Below are positions 38,477 to 48,666 of a stretch of DNA of 64,000 nt, piece by piece. The first letter of the stretch is position 1, and each line of letters opens with the position of its first letter. A program made the translations under genes and the position numbers. Location: positions 3,200,001 to 3,264,000 of the forward strand of contig OZ241986.1 of the NCBI GenBank assembly GCA_965204375.1, given 5' to 3'. The DNA comes from Candidatus Latescibacterota bacterium (GTDB lineage Bacteria; Latescibacterota; UBA2968). Below the pieces are notes generated by a model that worked only from the letters and a program-made list of their open reading frames with translations, searched no databases and was not told the DNA's origin.

Positions 38477-39265
38477 TCAAACAGATTCGCCAAAAGCACT
38501 TTTTTTGTACAGTTCCCTATGTTCTTCATCTATCAGTTCTACGGAAGATACATCCTCAAGAAGGGCATAATCCTCAACGAAATTTTTGAATTTGGCTCCT
38601 CGTTCGCTCAGACAATTGTAAAATAGAAGCCCCAATTCATAACTTGACAATTGTGCGCGGACAAGATTGGTATAGAGTTTTGTATCTTCTTTGAGAAGAT
38701 CGCTATGATGGTCAACAAATTTGACAACATTGTACAGATGCCTAAAGTAATACCCAACATGTGGCTCATAGGGAATTAAAAAACTTTCATAAGTATCATT
38801 GAGAATTTTCGCTTCAGGAGAATTACTACTTGCAGCTTTTTGGACTTTGGGATAATGTTCTTTTTTCAAATCATTAAGCATTTTAACAAAGCACTCCCGT
38901 CCGCCTACCATGTTCCGAATTTCCATTGTATTGACAATATCATTATGCAGGCTAAGAAGTTGAAAAAAGGCACTTCCAAAATTCTGCTTTTGAAGTTGTT
39001 CTTTTTGGAGTGCGAGTTCCGCTTGCTGAACGTGTAGCGTCCAAATGAGAATAGCAAAAGCCAGTCCAGTAAACAAAGCGGTGATAAAGCCAAACGAATC
39101 GCCCCATTGTCCTCTTTTCTCAACGCTAGGAACTAAATCTGGGAAAAACCATGCCCCCCAAAGAATGAGCAAACCAATGAGAACGACAAATATTCCCAAA
39201 CCTATTAAACCTGTTTTAATCTTTTTCCGCCAGTTCGTTTTCGATTCATCAGAACTTTTGTCCAT
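38477..39265 (-). CDS. Putative phage abortive infection protein (putAbiC-like), 2 N-terminal TM helices
   Basis: RGQWGDSFG, FFQLLSLH, YFRHLYNVVKFV, RAQLSSYELGLLFYN. Confidence 0.85.
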   Translation of the reverse strand: MDKSSDESKTNWRKKIKTGLIGLGIFVVLIGLLILWGAWFFPDLVPSVEKRGQWGDSFGFITALFTGLAFAILIWTLHVQQAELALQKEQLQKQNFGSAFFQLLSLHNDIVNTMEIRNMVGGRECFVKMLNDLKKEHYPKVQKAASSNSPEAKILNDTYESFLIPYEPHVGYYFRHLYNVVKFVDHHSDLLKEDTKLYTNLVRAQLSSYELGLLFYNCLSERGAKFKNFVEDYALLEDVSSVELIDEEHRELYKKSAFGESV

Positions 39266-39279
39266 GGAAACAACCTTTC

Positions 39280-41868
39280 CTAAATTTGCGCGTGTCCATT
39301 TATCTTCAATGCCTGATACAGGCTGTCCTTAAATTTATTCTCATCTTCATTGTTGTAAAACGGCACGCCAATCAAACGGTAGTTTTCGTTCTCAAATGTC
39401 AAGGTTTTGCAGTCAAACTCGGAAGAGATGTCCTGTAAGAAGTTTTCCTTCCAACGGTCATTCTCTTTCAGATGCTTCCCTTTGGGTTCAATAAACATCT
39501 GATAGGTAAGCAGGTTTCCATCTTGTTCTCGCAGAAACAGAACAAAATCTGGCTCAAATGCCTGTCCATCCTCAAAGTTATAAATCTTGAAATGCCTTTC
39601 GTTTCGCAGCAGATATATCTCGTCGTAATCTTCTGTTAGCTTGCCCATCTGGCGGTCGAGCATTCGCACAAATGCCTTTTCCTCACTCGTGCCGTAAACT
39701 GTATTGAAGGCAAACCAGTCTTTGGATGATACGAAATGTACGAATTGTGCATCCTCAGCGGCCTGCGGGTTTTGAGCGTCAAATTTTAACACTTTATCCT
39801 TGAAGACGTTATGCACCCTATCGCTCCTGAAATCTCGCGAGCCTTCGTATTCGGTAATTTGCTGGCGGATTTCGGATTCGATTTGGTGCAAAAGCCCGCA
39901 CACAGCTTCCCGCTGTTCAGCGCGGTTGTATTGCAACGCAGACACCTGGCCTTCAAAAGTGATCTCCAGCCCCCCAAGATAATTTTCAGAACTAATGAAT
40001 TCTCGAATAGATGCTATATTGGGGAAATAGCGTCTGAGGGATGAGAACGTAAAGAATGGATTGCGTGCAATAGCAGATTGAACAATATTCCGTCCAAAGT
40101 CTTTAACCTTCATATCCCGACGGTTTTCATCTTTCACAATTGCGCCCTGATGTTCGCTTGCCAAAACTGTTTGTGTGCCACCGTGACCTGTGGCGATGGT
40201 ATGAACGTAGTTTTGCATTTTCACACCTAAATCATCAAAAGATTGTACCCTCTGATAATTTTTGGGAAGACGGTCATTGAGCCAGACCACACCGTATTTG
40301 TAGAAGTCGGTCTGCTTGAACGGGTCTTTGAGTTTCAGTTTGCGGGTCACTTCGCGCTCATCCATCATGCCTTGCTCGATCAGCGCGGTGCGAAGTTCAG
40401 AGATATATCGGGAATCATGGATACTGTGATAATGCAACTCCTCCAGCACGCGCAGTTCATTTTCAAGGTCATCATCAAATTTTCGACAGAAGCGGTCAGT
40501 GTTCTCGGGTAAAACAAAAGGAAAATAACGCGCTCCACGACCAATGAGTTGCGCTTCGGAAAGGGTTGTTCTCCCAATTCTATTCTTTCCCGAGTCACGC
40601 GCTTCGTAACAGCGGACAATGTCGAACAGATTCAGGACATCCCAACCCTCATTGAGTTTTTGTACAGCAAAGATAGCGCGGATGAGATTGTCTCGGTCTT
40701 CGAGCGTGTTGACCAGTATTTGGTAGTTCTCCTTCTCTTTTTCTGCGTTGACTGAGATGCAGTAGTCTTCCTGAAATGCCCGCTTGAGGCGTTCTGCCAA
40801 CTGCGCGTCACTGATATTGTGATCATCAAAGAATTGAAACGCCCGCAAAACAAGAGGAATATCCGATCTGCGAATGCGAGCTATATGGTCTGCTGTGAGA
40901 CCATCAACGAGTGTGTGAAAGTTGGTCTTGTTCTCTTGCGATTGTGCAATCGTACGCTGTGCTTTGAACAAAATCACGGGTTTGAGATTGATCTGATATT
41001 TCGCAGCCACTTCCTGTTTGTACTGGCTAAGAATCAGAGCTTGTAGGATGCGCTCGTCCAGGTCGAAGTCGGATTGCACAATGACTACATCTTTTGAAAA
41101 ACGGTCGTTGCGGAATTGAAGCAAATCATAGCGGTATAATACCTTGTTGCGGTATTTTTCCACCATCGCAGGCGTCTCGTAATCGTGCGTGGCCGTGAAC
41201 TCCAAGAGGAGATTGTCTTCATTCTGGGAGAAGATGCGCTCAACGGTATTTTCCCAACTCTCGAACATCTCTCGCTGAGATTTGGTCGTAACGTTCATGT
41301 GATGGGCTTCATCGGCAATCAACACAATCCTGTGTTTGCGGAAGTCTTCAAAAGTGATGGCATTTTCTTTTTCAGTAGTCAGATCGGAGTGTAGTTTTTG
41401 GATGGTGGTGAAACAGATATTGATATCGTTGGGATTAACCGACTCGAAGTTCTCTACTGGTGCGATTCGCACGGAGCGGTTGGCGATGTGAATATCCCTG
41501 CTGAACAGGTATTTGATACTGACGGGATTGAGAAAATTGTCCCGCGTCTTTTCGATGATATTGGTGGAATTGACGAAAAAGAGAAAGTTTCTATATCCCT
41601 TTTCATACAAGTAGAGAATCAGCCCCGCCATGATAAGCGTCTTGCCGCTGCCTGTCGCCATGTTGAACAGAAAATGCAGTGGCCGTTCCTTGCCGGGAAA
41701 CTCCTTATCAAGACAGTGAAAGAACCGGGTAAACGCCTCTTCTTGATAGGGGCGGAGTTCAAATTTAGGATTCAGATTGTCTTTGAGGTAGGAGGGGATT
41801 TCTTTTTGGAGAAATCCCATTTGGAAAACAGCATCAAGCTGCTCATATAGAAAATTATCAGCCATCAT
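39280..41868 (-). CDS. res: Type III restriction endonuclease Res subunit
   Basis: LRPYQ, MATGSGKT, DEAHH, EFTAT, LNEGWDV, QLIGRGAR, PDFVLF...IEPKG (PD-(D/E)xK). Confidence 0.93.
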   Translation of the reverse strand: MMADNFLYEQLDAVFQMGFLQKEIPSYLKDNLNPKFELRPYQEEAFTRFFHCLDKEFPGKERPLHFLFNMATGSGKTLIMAGLILYLYEKGYRNFLFFVNSTNIIEKTRDNFLNPVSIKYLFSRDIHIANRSVRIAPVENFESVNPNDINICFTTIQKLHSDLTTEKENAITFEDFRKHRIVLIADEAHHMNVTTKSQREMFESWENTVERIFSQNEDNLLLEFTATHDYETPAMVEKYRNKVLYRYDLLQFRNDRFSKDVVIVQSDFDLDERILQALILSQYKQEVAAKYQINLKPVILFKAQRTIAQSQENKTNFHTLVDGLTADHIARIRRSDIPLVLRAFQFFDDHNISDAQLAERLKRAFQEDYCISVNAEKEKENYQILVNTLEDRDNLIRAIFAVQKLNEGWDVLNLFDIVRCYEARDSGKNRIGRTTLSEAQLIGRGARYFPFVLPENTDRFCRKFDDDLENELRVLEELHYHSIHDSRYISELRTALIEQGMMDEREVTRKLKLKDPFKQTDFYKYGVVWLNDRLPKNYQRVQSFDDLGVKMQNYVHTIATGHGGTQTVLASEHQGAIVKDENRRDMKVKDFGRNIVQSAIARNPFFTFSSLRRYFPNIASIREFISSENYLGGLEITFEGQVSALQYNRAEQREAVCGLLHQIESEIRQQITEYEGSRDFRSDRVHNVFKDKVLKFDAQNPQAAEDAQFVHFVSSKDWFAFNTVYGTSEEKAFVRMLDRQMGKLTEDYDEIYLLRNERHFKIYNFEDGQAFEPDFVLFLREQDGNLLTYQMFIEPKGKHLKENDRWKENFLQDISSEFDCKTLTFENENYRLIGVPFYNNEDENKFKDSLYQALKINGHAQI

Positions 41869-41870
41869 AT

Positions 41871-42131
41871 CTAATCTCTGTACACTTCACGACGATGCTG
41901 GACCCGGTAAACTTCAATCTCCCGCTTTTTTCGGTCAACAACATAGACGACGCGATAATCGCCCACGCGCAGTCTGAACCGGCCTTGATCCGGTCCAGTG
42001 AGTGCCGTCAGTTTGGTAGCCTCAAAGTTCTCGGCTAACCACCGCAGTTTTCCAATTACGCGCTGTGCTGTTGCCCTATCCAAACGTCGTACATCAGATT
42101 GAGCACGATCCGAAAATACCACATCATACAT
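41871..42131 (-). CDS. relE: RelE/ParE family toxin
   Basis: YDVVFSDRAQSDVRRL, LTG, FRLRVGDYRVVY, HRREVYR; ATG overlaps the mod stop (TAATG). Confidence 0.93.
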   Translation of the reverse strand: MYDVVFSDRAQSDVRRLDRATAQRVIGKLRWLAENFEATKLTALTGPDQGRFRLRVGDYRVVYVVDRKKREIEVYRVQHRREVYRD

Positions 42132-44254
42132 TACCAATTAAGCCCCAATTCTTCGGCGACTTTCTCGGCAGGGGTAGTCTTTCCACCAGCTTTCACATCG
42201 GCGATGGTCTGCTGGAGATCTGCGACAAATTCGTCGCGCAATTCCAACCCCTCGTCGGGATCATGTCCGTAGAACTCCTCGTTTAATTCCTTGTCTCCCG
42301 CGCTTATGCCAAAGTCCTCGTCGTCAATCTCCGAAAAATTCACATACAACTGATTCTTGTCCAGCAGTTCCACCAGCAACTTCTTCTGCTTGCTCACCCC
42401 ATTTTCTCCTTCGCCGATGGCGATAAAATCGTTGACTGCATCTTCCGGGATTTCAGGATTCACATACCAATTCAAAAACGAATTTTCGGCAATATCTCGC
42501 CAGAGTGCTACAAGCTCTTTTGAAGATTGCGCGGCTTGAATTTTATCCATATAGACTTCGTTGTATTGCATCAGTTCACAATAGACAAAGTCGCCACCGC
42601 CCTTCCATGCGACGGATTTAGATATACCGCCAGCGTCATATTCAATTTTTTTGGGTAGTTTGTCCTTCGCCTTAATTTTTTTTCCAACAACTTTTTTTAT
42701 TCGTTCAAGCGTGATAGTTTCCACATAATCCATCTGTTCAATTCCGATATACTGACGTCCCATTTTGTGAGCGACAGAGCAAGTCGTTCCACTTCCCAAA
42801 TGGAAATCTAAAACAATATCTCCTTCTTCAGTTGTGTATTCAATAATGCGTTGAATGAGTAATTCAGGTTTTGGATAAGCAAACACTTTGCCCCCGAATA
42901 ATTCTACAATTTCATCCGTGCCTTTCTTGTTGGTCACACTCTTTAGCAATTCATCCATCACTTGATTGAGAAAGTTTGATGATACGTATGTTTTATCAAA
43001 GTCGGCTCCTTTTTTTTCAATTTCTTCCGACTTAAAAACTCGCATAGCAGGGCGTTTAAGATTGAGAAAATCATAATCGCCGGGAAAAACTATTTTCTTT
43101 CTTTTCAGATATTCATCTACTGAATCTTTAGTAATACCCCAGCAACGATTAGGATTAACGGGAAACTCTTGCTCATTTCTCGGATTGACCAATGTGAAAT
43201 TTGAATTAGGGCGTTCATGAATTGTGCGTTGAGTAGTAAGATCGCTCGTTCTCCATTCATCGTCTGGAAAATCGGGTGTTTTATAATACTTTCTTACAAT
43301 GGTGCGCCCGAAAAGCTCATCTTTCTTCGATGCGCCTTTTGTGTACATCAGCATCCAGTCAAAATCTTGTGATAGTTTATAAGGCACATCGCTTTTTCCA
43401 CTTCGTGTCTTTCTGGGAACAGTTGCGATAAAATTGTCTCTGCCAAATATATCGTCAGCAATGAGTTTCAAATAGTGCATTTCTTGGTCGCCAATGTGAA
43501 TGAAGATAACCCCTTCATTCTTCAACAACTCTCTCGCCACTTCCAGCCGATTCCTCATAAACGTCAGCCAGCTTGAATGTTTGAAATTGTCGTTATATCC
43601 AAAGCCATCACCATTGATGTTATAGGGCGGATCAATGTAAATTAGCGTCACCTTACCCTGGAACTGCTGTTTGAGCGTGTGCAATGCCACCAAATTATTG
43701 CCCTTTATAATCAAGTTTTCACGGATCGTGCCACTTTCATCCCGTTTGAACCCCATCACGTCCTCTTCACCATCCACCGTATAGCGTTTCCACTGGGTCA
43801 ATACCTTTGGATCAAATAGCCGGTCAATCTCGTCCTGTGCCAGAATTTCATTGAAGAAAATCTCTTTGCGCTTTTCCTCTTCCTTGGTCTGCCCGCCCTC
43901 CAGTACACAATCTTTGTACGGCCACACCAGGGACACTTCACCTCGCTCCCGCAGAAATTTATCGTCGATATTCAAACCAATCCTGTTGCGGAATCGGGTG
44001 TATGCATTGGCGAGAAAGTTCTTATCGGAAACATATTCGATAAAGGTGTTGATATTGAAAATCCAGTGGCCTTCGATTTCGTCAAAAAATTTTGCCTTGA
44101 TATCCGCATCACCAAGCAGCAGTCTCACAAGATCAGGATCAATCTTCCAAGCTCGATCTGTCACTGCAGCCTTGACCAACTCGCCCTCTTCATCAATGAA
44201 ACGGGCGTCGGTTTTGAGCAATTCGATCAATTTTTCGTTAAAGTTTTTTGACAT
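42131..44254 (-). CDS. mod: Type III R-M Mod subunit (beta-class m6A methyltransferase) with C-terminal antitoxin-like extension
   Basis: IIKGNNL, IYIDPPYN, HSSWLTFMRNRL, YPKPE, VLDFHLGSGTT; extra 44 aa after DKELNEEFYG. Confidence 0.93.
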   Translation of the reverse strand: MSKNFNEKLIELLKTDARFIDEEGELVKAAVTDRAWKIDPDLVRLLLGDADIKAKFFDEIEGHWIFNINTFIEYVSDKNFLANAYTRFRNRIGLNIDDKFLRERGEVSLVWPYKDCVLEGGQTKEEEKRKEIFFNEILAQDEIDRLFDPKVLTQWKRYTVDGEEDVMGFKRDESGTIRENLIIKGNNLVALHTLKQQFQGKVTLIYIDPPYNINGDGFGYNDNFKHSSWLTFMRNRLEVARELLKNEGVIFIHIGDQEMHYLKLIADDIFGRDNFIATVPRKTRSGKSDVPYKLSQDFDWMLMYTKGASKKDELFGRTIVRKYYKTPDFPDDEWRTSDLTTQRTIHERPNSNFTLVNPRNEQEFPVNPNRCWGITKDSVDEYLKRKKIVFPGDYDFLNLKRPAMRVFKSEEIEKKGADFDKTYVSSNFLNQVMDELLKSVTNKKGTDEIVELFGGKVFAYPKPELLIQRIIEYTTEEGDIVLDFHLGSGTTCSVAHKMGRQYIGIEQMDYVETITLERIKKVVGKKIKAKDKLPKKIEYDAGGISKSVAWKGGGDFVYCELMQYNEVYMDKIQAAQSSKELVALWRDIAENSFLNWYVNPEIPEDAVNDFIAIGEGENGVSKQKKLLVELLDKNQLYVNFSEIDDEDFGISAGDKELNEEFYGHDPDEGLELRDEFVADLQQTIADVKAGGKTTPAEKVAEELGLNW

Positions 44255-45125
44255 GTTGTGGTCCTTTAACGTTTATTTTTTTGGTGTTATCGGCCGTTTG
44301 TAGCTTTGAAACCAAATCATTTACAGCCGCTTGCACTACTGACCAGGATATTTGATACGTATCGGCATCTGGATATATACCTGTAGTCATCTGCTCATAT
44401 GGATGAATAAGATTTCTAAAATCTCTCAATGCATGTGAAAACTTTTGAACATCCGTATTGATCCAACCAATTTGATGCGCCACATCTATCATTTCGGCAA
44501 GTTTCCAATCGGAAAATTTTTTTATCTTGTTCGTTTTTGGATCTTTAGGAGCACTCGCGCATTTATTGGCTTCTGCTGGATTCTGTTGAAAAATTCCGAA
44601 CAGCAATCCTTCCAATATGCTACCCATGATAATTATTGCCGATAAATATGTTCCAGCTTTACCACAATTTTGCGCTTCATCCCATCTGTTTTTTAGTATC
44701 TTTCCGACCTCGGGTCTTAATCCAATTGACAAAAAATCTGGAGGTGGAAACAGCTTCATCTCTTTTGTAACCTCACCATCATCTGAAAAATCTACAGCGA
44801 TTTTTTTAAATTTTGGTTCATTGCCATCAAGTATTATTTTGAATCCTTCAAAATAAAATATGTTATTTAGCTGCTTAAGCGCAGTTCTAATTTGCTCCTG
44901 ATTACCGCCGTACTCAAATGGTGAGGCCAGCCTTTTAAGTACAAGTGCAAGTTGTTCTCTGTTACACGCTTTTAGTGTTTCTAAAACCCATAACCGACGG
45001 GTTGAGCCATCATGAACAAATTGAGGTAATCCCACTCTTTGAAAGAATTTAGTTAGTTCGTGGCCAGATCGATAAGGATAACCACAAATAAACTCGGCAA
45101 TTTCATTGAAAGTACTTTCATCCAT
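44238..45125 (-). CDS. Defence-associated protein: AbiJ-NTD-like N-terminus plus HEPN-like C-terminal domain
   Basis: YRSGHELTKFF N-terminus; SAIIIMGSILEGLL and LRDFRNLIHP (HEPN-type R...H); overlaps the mod start. Confidence 0.75.
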   Translation of the reverse strand: MDESTFNEIAEFICGYPYRSGHELTKFFQRVGLPQFVHDGSTRRLWVLETLKACNREQLALVLKRLASPFEYGGNQEQIRTALKQLNNIFYFEGFKIILDGNEPKFKKIAVDFSDDGEVTKEMKLFPPPDFLSIGLRPEVGKILKNRWDEAQNCGKAGTYLSAIIIMGSILEGLLFGIFQQNPAEANKCASAPKDPKTNKIKKFSDWKLAEMIDVAHQIGWINTDVQKFSHALRDFRNLIHPYEQMTTGIYPDADTYQISWSVVQAAVNDLVSKLQTADNTKKINVKGPQHVKKL

Positions 45126-45166
45126 TTCAAACTTCCTCAGACACTACAAAACTTTATAGCTGTATT

Positions 45167-46618
45167 CTATCCCAGTTTCTCCCGCAATAACTGACTGGCT
45201 TTTTGGGGATTCGCCTGGCCTTTTGTAGCTCTCATAAGCTGGCCCATAAAGAACCCCATAAGCTTCTGGTCGCCGCCTTTGAACCGCTCAACCTCGTCGG
45301 GATTATCCGCTATAATCTGATCGATCACGCCATCGAGTTCACCCGCATCGCTAATCTGCACAAGCCCCTTCTTCTCCACAATAGACGATGCACTCTCCCC
45401 TGTCTCCACCATATCGTCAAAAACCGTTCGCGCGATATTGGTACTGATATCGCCCTTATCGATCAAACCAATCAATTCTGCGAGAGATTCAGCCGAGACA
45501 CGCAAATCGCCAATCGCGATCTTCCGATCATTGAGAACGCGCATCACATCGCCCTGTATCCAATTGGCCGCGAGCCTGCTCTGCACACCCGCCGCAACCG
45601 TAGCTTCAAAATAATCCGCAACATCTCGACCTGCAGTAAGCACCTCAATCTGATCGACAGACATATCGTAATCTTCTGCAAACCGCGCGCGTTTGGCCTC
45701 TGGCAACTCTGGAATCTGGTTCTGAACGCGCTCGACCCAGGCATGATCTACGACAAGTGGAACCAGATCCGGATCGGGGAAATAGCGATAATCGTCCGAC
45801 TCCTCTTTTGTACGCATAGCGCGCAAAATATTGCGATCGGGATCGTAGAGCATCGTCGCCTGCTCAATTTCACCGCCGGTCTCAACCAAACCAATCTGCC
45901 GCTGAATCTCGGACTCAATAGCGCGCTGGCAATTGCGAAAAGAATTGACATTTTTGATCTCAACCTTTGTGCCGAGTTGGGTTTCTCCAACGGGCCGAAT
46001 CGACACATTGGCATCAATCCGCATATGTCCTTTCTCCATATCGCCTTCAGAAACACCCGTGTACACCAGCAATTGATGCAAACTCGTCAGATAGTGAAAA
46101 ACTTCCTCCGGCGTCGAAAGATCCGGCTCACTCACAATCTCGATAAGCGGCACCCCACAGCGATTGACATCCACGAGAGACTCCCCTGCAGCCACAAAAG
46201 CTTCCTGATGGATGCTCTTGCCAGCATCTTCTTCCATATGGATACGCGTAAGACGAATAGTCTTTGTACCGCCGTCCTCCGTGGGCACCTCAACACCCCC
46301 GCCAGTAGCCAGAGGCATTTCTTCATTCGATTGAAACTGCGAAATCTGATACCCCTTGGGCAGATCGGGATAAAAATAATTCTTCCGCAAAAAACGGCTG
46401 CGCGGTTGAATCGTACAACCTGCGGCCAGCGCAATACGCATCGCCAGTTCAACGACATTCTGATTCAGCACGGGAAGCGCACCCGGCAAGCCCAAACACA
46501 CCGGACAAACATGGGTATTGGGATCGGCGCCAAACTCGGCACTACATCCGCAAAAAATTTTGGTCGTAGTCGCAAGTTGGGCGTGTACTTCCAGACCGAT
46601 GACAGATTCGTAAGTCAT
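45167..46618 (-). CDS. gatB: Asp/Glu-tRNA amidotransferase subunit B
   Basis: [44 protein letters not shown]. Confidence 0.98.
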   Translation of the reverse strand: MTYESVIGLEVHAQLATTTKIFCGCSAEFGADPNTHVCPVCLGLPGALPVLNQNVVELAMRIALAAGCTIQPRSRFLRKNYFYPDLPKGYQISQFQSNEEMPLATGGGVEVPTEDGGTKTIRLTRIHMEEDAGKSIHQEAFVAAGESLVDVNRCGVPLIEIVSEPDLSTPEEVFHYLTSLHQLLVYTGVSEGDMEKGHMRIDANVSIRPVGETQLGTKVEIKNVNSFRNCQRAIESEIQRQIGLVETGGEIEQATMLYDPDRNILRAMRTKEESDDYRYFPDPDLVPLVVDHAWVERVQNQIPELPEAKRARFAEDYDMSVDQIEVLTAGRDVADYFEATVAAGVQSRLAANWIQGDVMRVLNDRKIAIGDLRVSAESLAELIGLIDKGDISTNIARTVFDDMVETGESASSIVEKKGLVQISDAGELDGVIDQIIADNPDEVERFKGGDQKLMGFFMGQLMRATKGQANPQKASQLLREKLG

Positions 46619-48072
46619 AACGCCAATTCTCTTTCCACAACCGCAGACGCGCTCAAAATGGTCTCTTCGGCAAAAGTATTGCCGAGCAATTGCAAGCCCA
46701 CGGGCAAGCCTTCAGTCGATGTACCACAAGGCACCGAAATACCGGGAATACCCGCGAGATTCACAGAAACAGTATAAATATCGGAAAGATACATCTGAAG
46801 CGGATCGTCGAGTTTTTCACCCAGCTTGAATGCCGGAGTAGGCGATACGGGCGAAGCGAGAAGATCGCAGGATTCAAACGCGCGGTCAAAATCTCGACGA
46901 ATAAGCGTCCGCACCTGTTGCGCCTTGCGATAATACGCATCGTAATACCCCGCACTCAGCGCGTAAGTACCCAGCATAATGCGACGCTTGACCTCTGCGC
47001 CAAAACCCTTGCTACGCGTTTGAACATACATATCAATCAGGTTTTCTGCCTCATCGCGGAAGCCGTATTTCACCCCATCGTAACGCGACAAATTTGACGA
47101 CGCCTCAGCCGTAGCGATAATATAATAAGCGGCAATAGCAAAAGCGGGATGGCCGGCAGTTGGCAGCGAAACTTCGCGAATAGACGCGCCATTTTTTTTC
47201 AGAATGTCAACCCCTTGCATGACGGCATTGCGAACATCGGATTGCAGACCCTCGCCGAAAAACTCTGTCGGCAAGCCAATGGTGAGACCATCAACGCCTC
47301 TTTGACAAGCCAAAAGGTAATCGGGCACCGGTACATGGGCAGAGGTAGAATCGCGGGAATCGTGCCCGGCAATAACGCCGAACAGGGTGGCCGCATCTTC
47401 GACAGTACGCGCAAATGGGCCAATCTGGTCGAGAGAAGAAGCATAAGCGATCAGGCCATAACGAGAAACGCGACCGTAAGTGGGTTTAAGCCCCACCACA
47501 CCGCAGAAAGATGCGGGCAAACGAACAGACCCCCCTGTGTCAGACCCCAGAGTCATAAGAGCCTGACCGGCAGCAACAGCAGCTGCAGAGCCACCGCTGG
47601 ACCCACCTGTTACACGGGTTTGATCACGCGGATTTTTGACCGAACCAAAATGGGAATTTTCGCTGGAAGAGCCCATGGCAAACTCATCCATATTGAGTTT
47701 GCCCAGGATGATTGCATCGGCCTGACGCAGACGGGTAACAACGGTTGCATCATAAGGTGGGATAAAATTATCGAGAATTTTTGAAGCACAGGTCGTGCGC
47801 AGCCCTTTGGTACACAACACATCTTTCAGGGCAATCGGGATGCCTGCAAGAGGGCCAAGGACCTGCCCCTCTGCGGCCTTTTGATCGACAGCATCTGCAG
47901 CTTTGAGCGCGCCTTCTTCATCAACGGTAATGAAGGCATTGATATCGGGGTTTGTATTTTGGATGTGCGCGAGGATCTCTTCCGTTATTTCGCGGGCTGT
48001 GTGCGTACCCCTGCGAATGCCCTGTACAAGCTCCCGCGCTGTTTGGACGGAAAAAACAGAGTCGTCAGACAC
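46615..48072 (-). CDS. gatA: Asp/Glu-tRNA amidotransferase subunit A
   Basis: [51 protein letters not shown]. Confidence 0.98.
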   Translation of the reverse strand: MSDDSVFSVQTARELVQGIRRGTHTAREITEEILAHIQNTNPDINAFITVDEEGALKAADAVDQKAAEGQVLGPLAGIPIALKDVLCTKGLRTTCASKILDNFIPPYDATVVTRLRQADAIILGKLNMDEFAMGSSSENSHFGSVKNPRDQTRVTGGSSGGSAAAVAAGQALMTLGSDTGGSVRLPASFCGVVGLKPTYGRVSRYGLIAYASSLDQIGPFARTVEDAATLFGVIAGHDSRDSTSAHVPVPDYLLACQRGVDGLTIGLPTEFFGEGLQSDVRNAVMQGVDILKKNGASIREVSLPTAGHPAFAIAAYYIIATAEASSNLSRYDGVKYGFRDEAENLIDMYVQTRSKGFGAEVKRRIMLGTYALSAGYYDAYYRKAQQVRTLIRRDFDRAFESCDLLASPVSPTPAFKLGEKLDDPLQMYLSDIYTVSVNLAGIPGISVPCGTSTEGLPVGLQLLGNTFAEETILSASAVVERELAL

Positions 48073-48084
48073 CCTGCCTCCAGA

Positions 48085-48339
48085 TTACGATTTTGTTTCT
48101 GTACCCGACGTGGTCTGTGTAGTCTGTGTGGTCTGCGCGGTCTGCGCGGGTTGCTGTTCAGGGGGCGGATCAATATTGACGTTAGTTTCTATTTCGGTCT
48201 GAACGTCCTTCACGCCGCGCTTAAATTCGGTAATGCCCTTGCCCAGTGACTGGGCAATTTCGGGAATGCGTTTTGCACCAAACACCAGCAAAACAACGAC
48301 CAAAATCATCACGATTTCCCATGGTCCCATGCCAAACAT
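48085..48339 (-). CDS. tatA: Twin-arginine translocase TatA/E
   Basis: MFGMGPWE...LVFGAKRIPEIAQSLGKGITEFK. Confidence 0.93.
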   Translation of the reverse strand: MFGMGPWEIVMILVVVLLVFGAKRIPEIAQSLGKGITEFKRGVKDVQTEIETNVNIDPPPEQQPAQTAQTTQTTQTTSGTETKS

Positions 48340-48359
48340 ATCGCACCTCCAGAAATAAC

Positions 48360-48638
48360 TCAATAGGAATACTTGACGTAATACCAGGCTATTCCTATAC
48401 CGAGAAAGCTCAACACATTGAAGTTGAGCGAAAAACCAAATGTAAGGGTCATAACGATCAAGTTGATCTCAATGGGATTGAGCCTATAGACATAAGATTC
48501 AATAAGCACTTTTTCTACCACATTATTTTCCAGACCGAGACCGTCAAAAATAACAGCGAGGATCTGACCAACCACGTTACCGGCAAGAATGCCGATAACA
48601 ATCGCAACAATGAGAATTCCCAGACTTCTTCGCCCCAT
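48360..48638 (-). CDS. DUF4321-like small membrane protein
   Basis: Hydrophobic; INLIVMTLTFGFSLNFNVLSFLGI motif. Confidence 0.75.
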   Translation of the reverse strand: MGRRSLGILIVAIVIGILAGNVVGQILAVIFDGLGLENNVVEKVLIESYVYRLNPIEINLIVMTLTFGFSLNFNVLSFLGIGIAWYYVKYSY

Positions 48639-48666
48639 AACCACGCTTTTTTAGAAAGGTGAATTT

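Noticed and set aside
38332-38529. 65-aa CDS
   Set aside because: Chimeric read-through of the hicB 5' fragment into unrelated sequence.
42670-43020. Phase-variable mod (phasevarion) via A7-A8 tracts
   Set aside because: Tracts are short, in frame and explained by Lys codons in AT-rich DNA; no long simple-sequence repeat.
31564-45166. Prophage, ICE or integron
   Set aside because: No integrase, phage, conjugation or transposase genes, and no convincing attC or att sites.
45203-46777. 524-aa plus-strand ORF (also 12279-13361, 4612-5502, 23578-24531, 62106-62975 and similar)
   Set aside because: Antisense shadows of well-supported genes, with no recognisable motifs.
46615-48339. Absence of gatC before gatA as a novelty
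   Set aside because: gatC may be encoded elsewhere; cannot be judged from this window.
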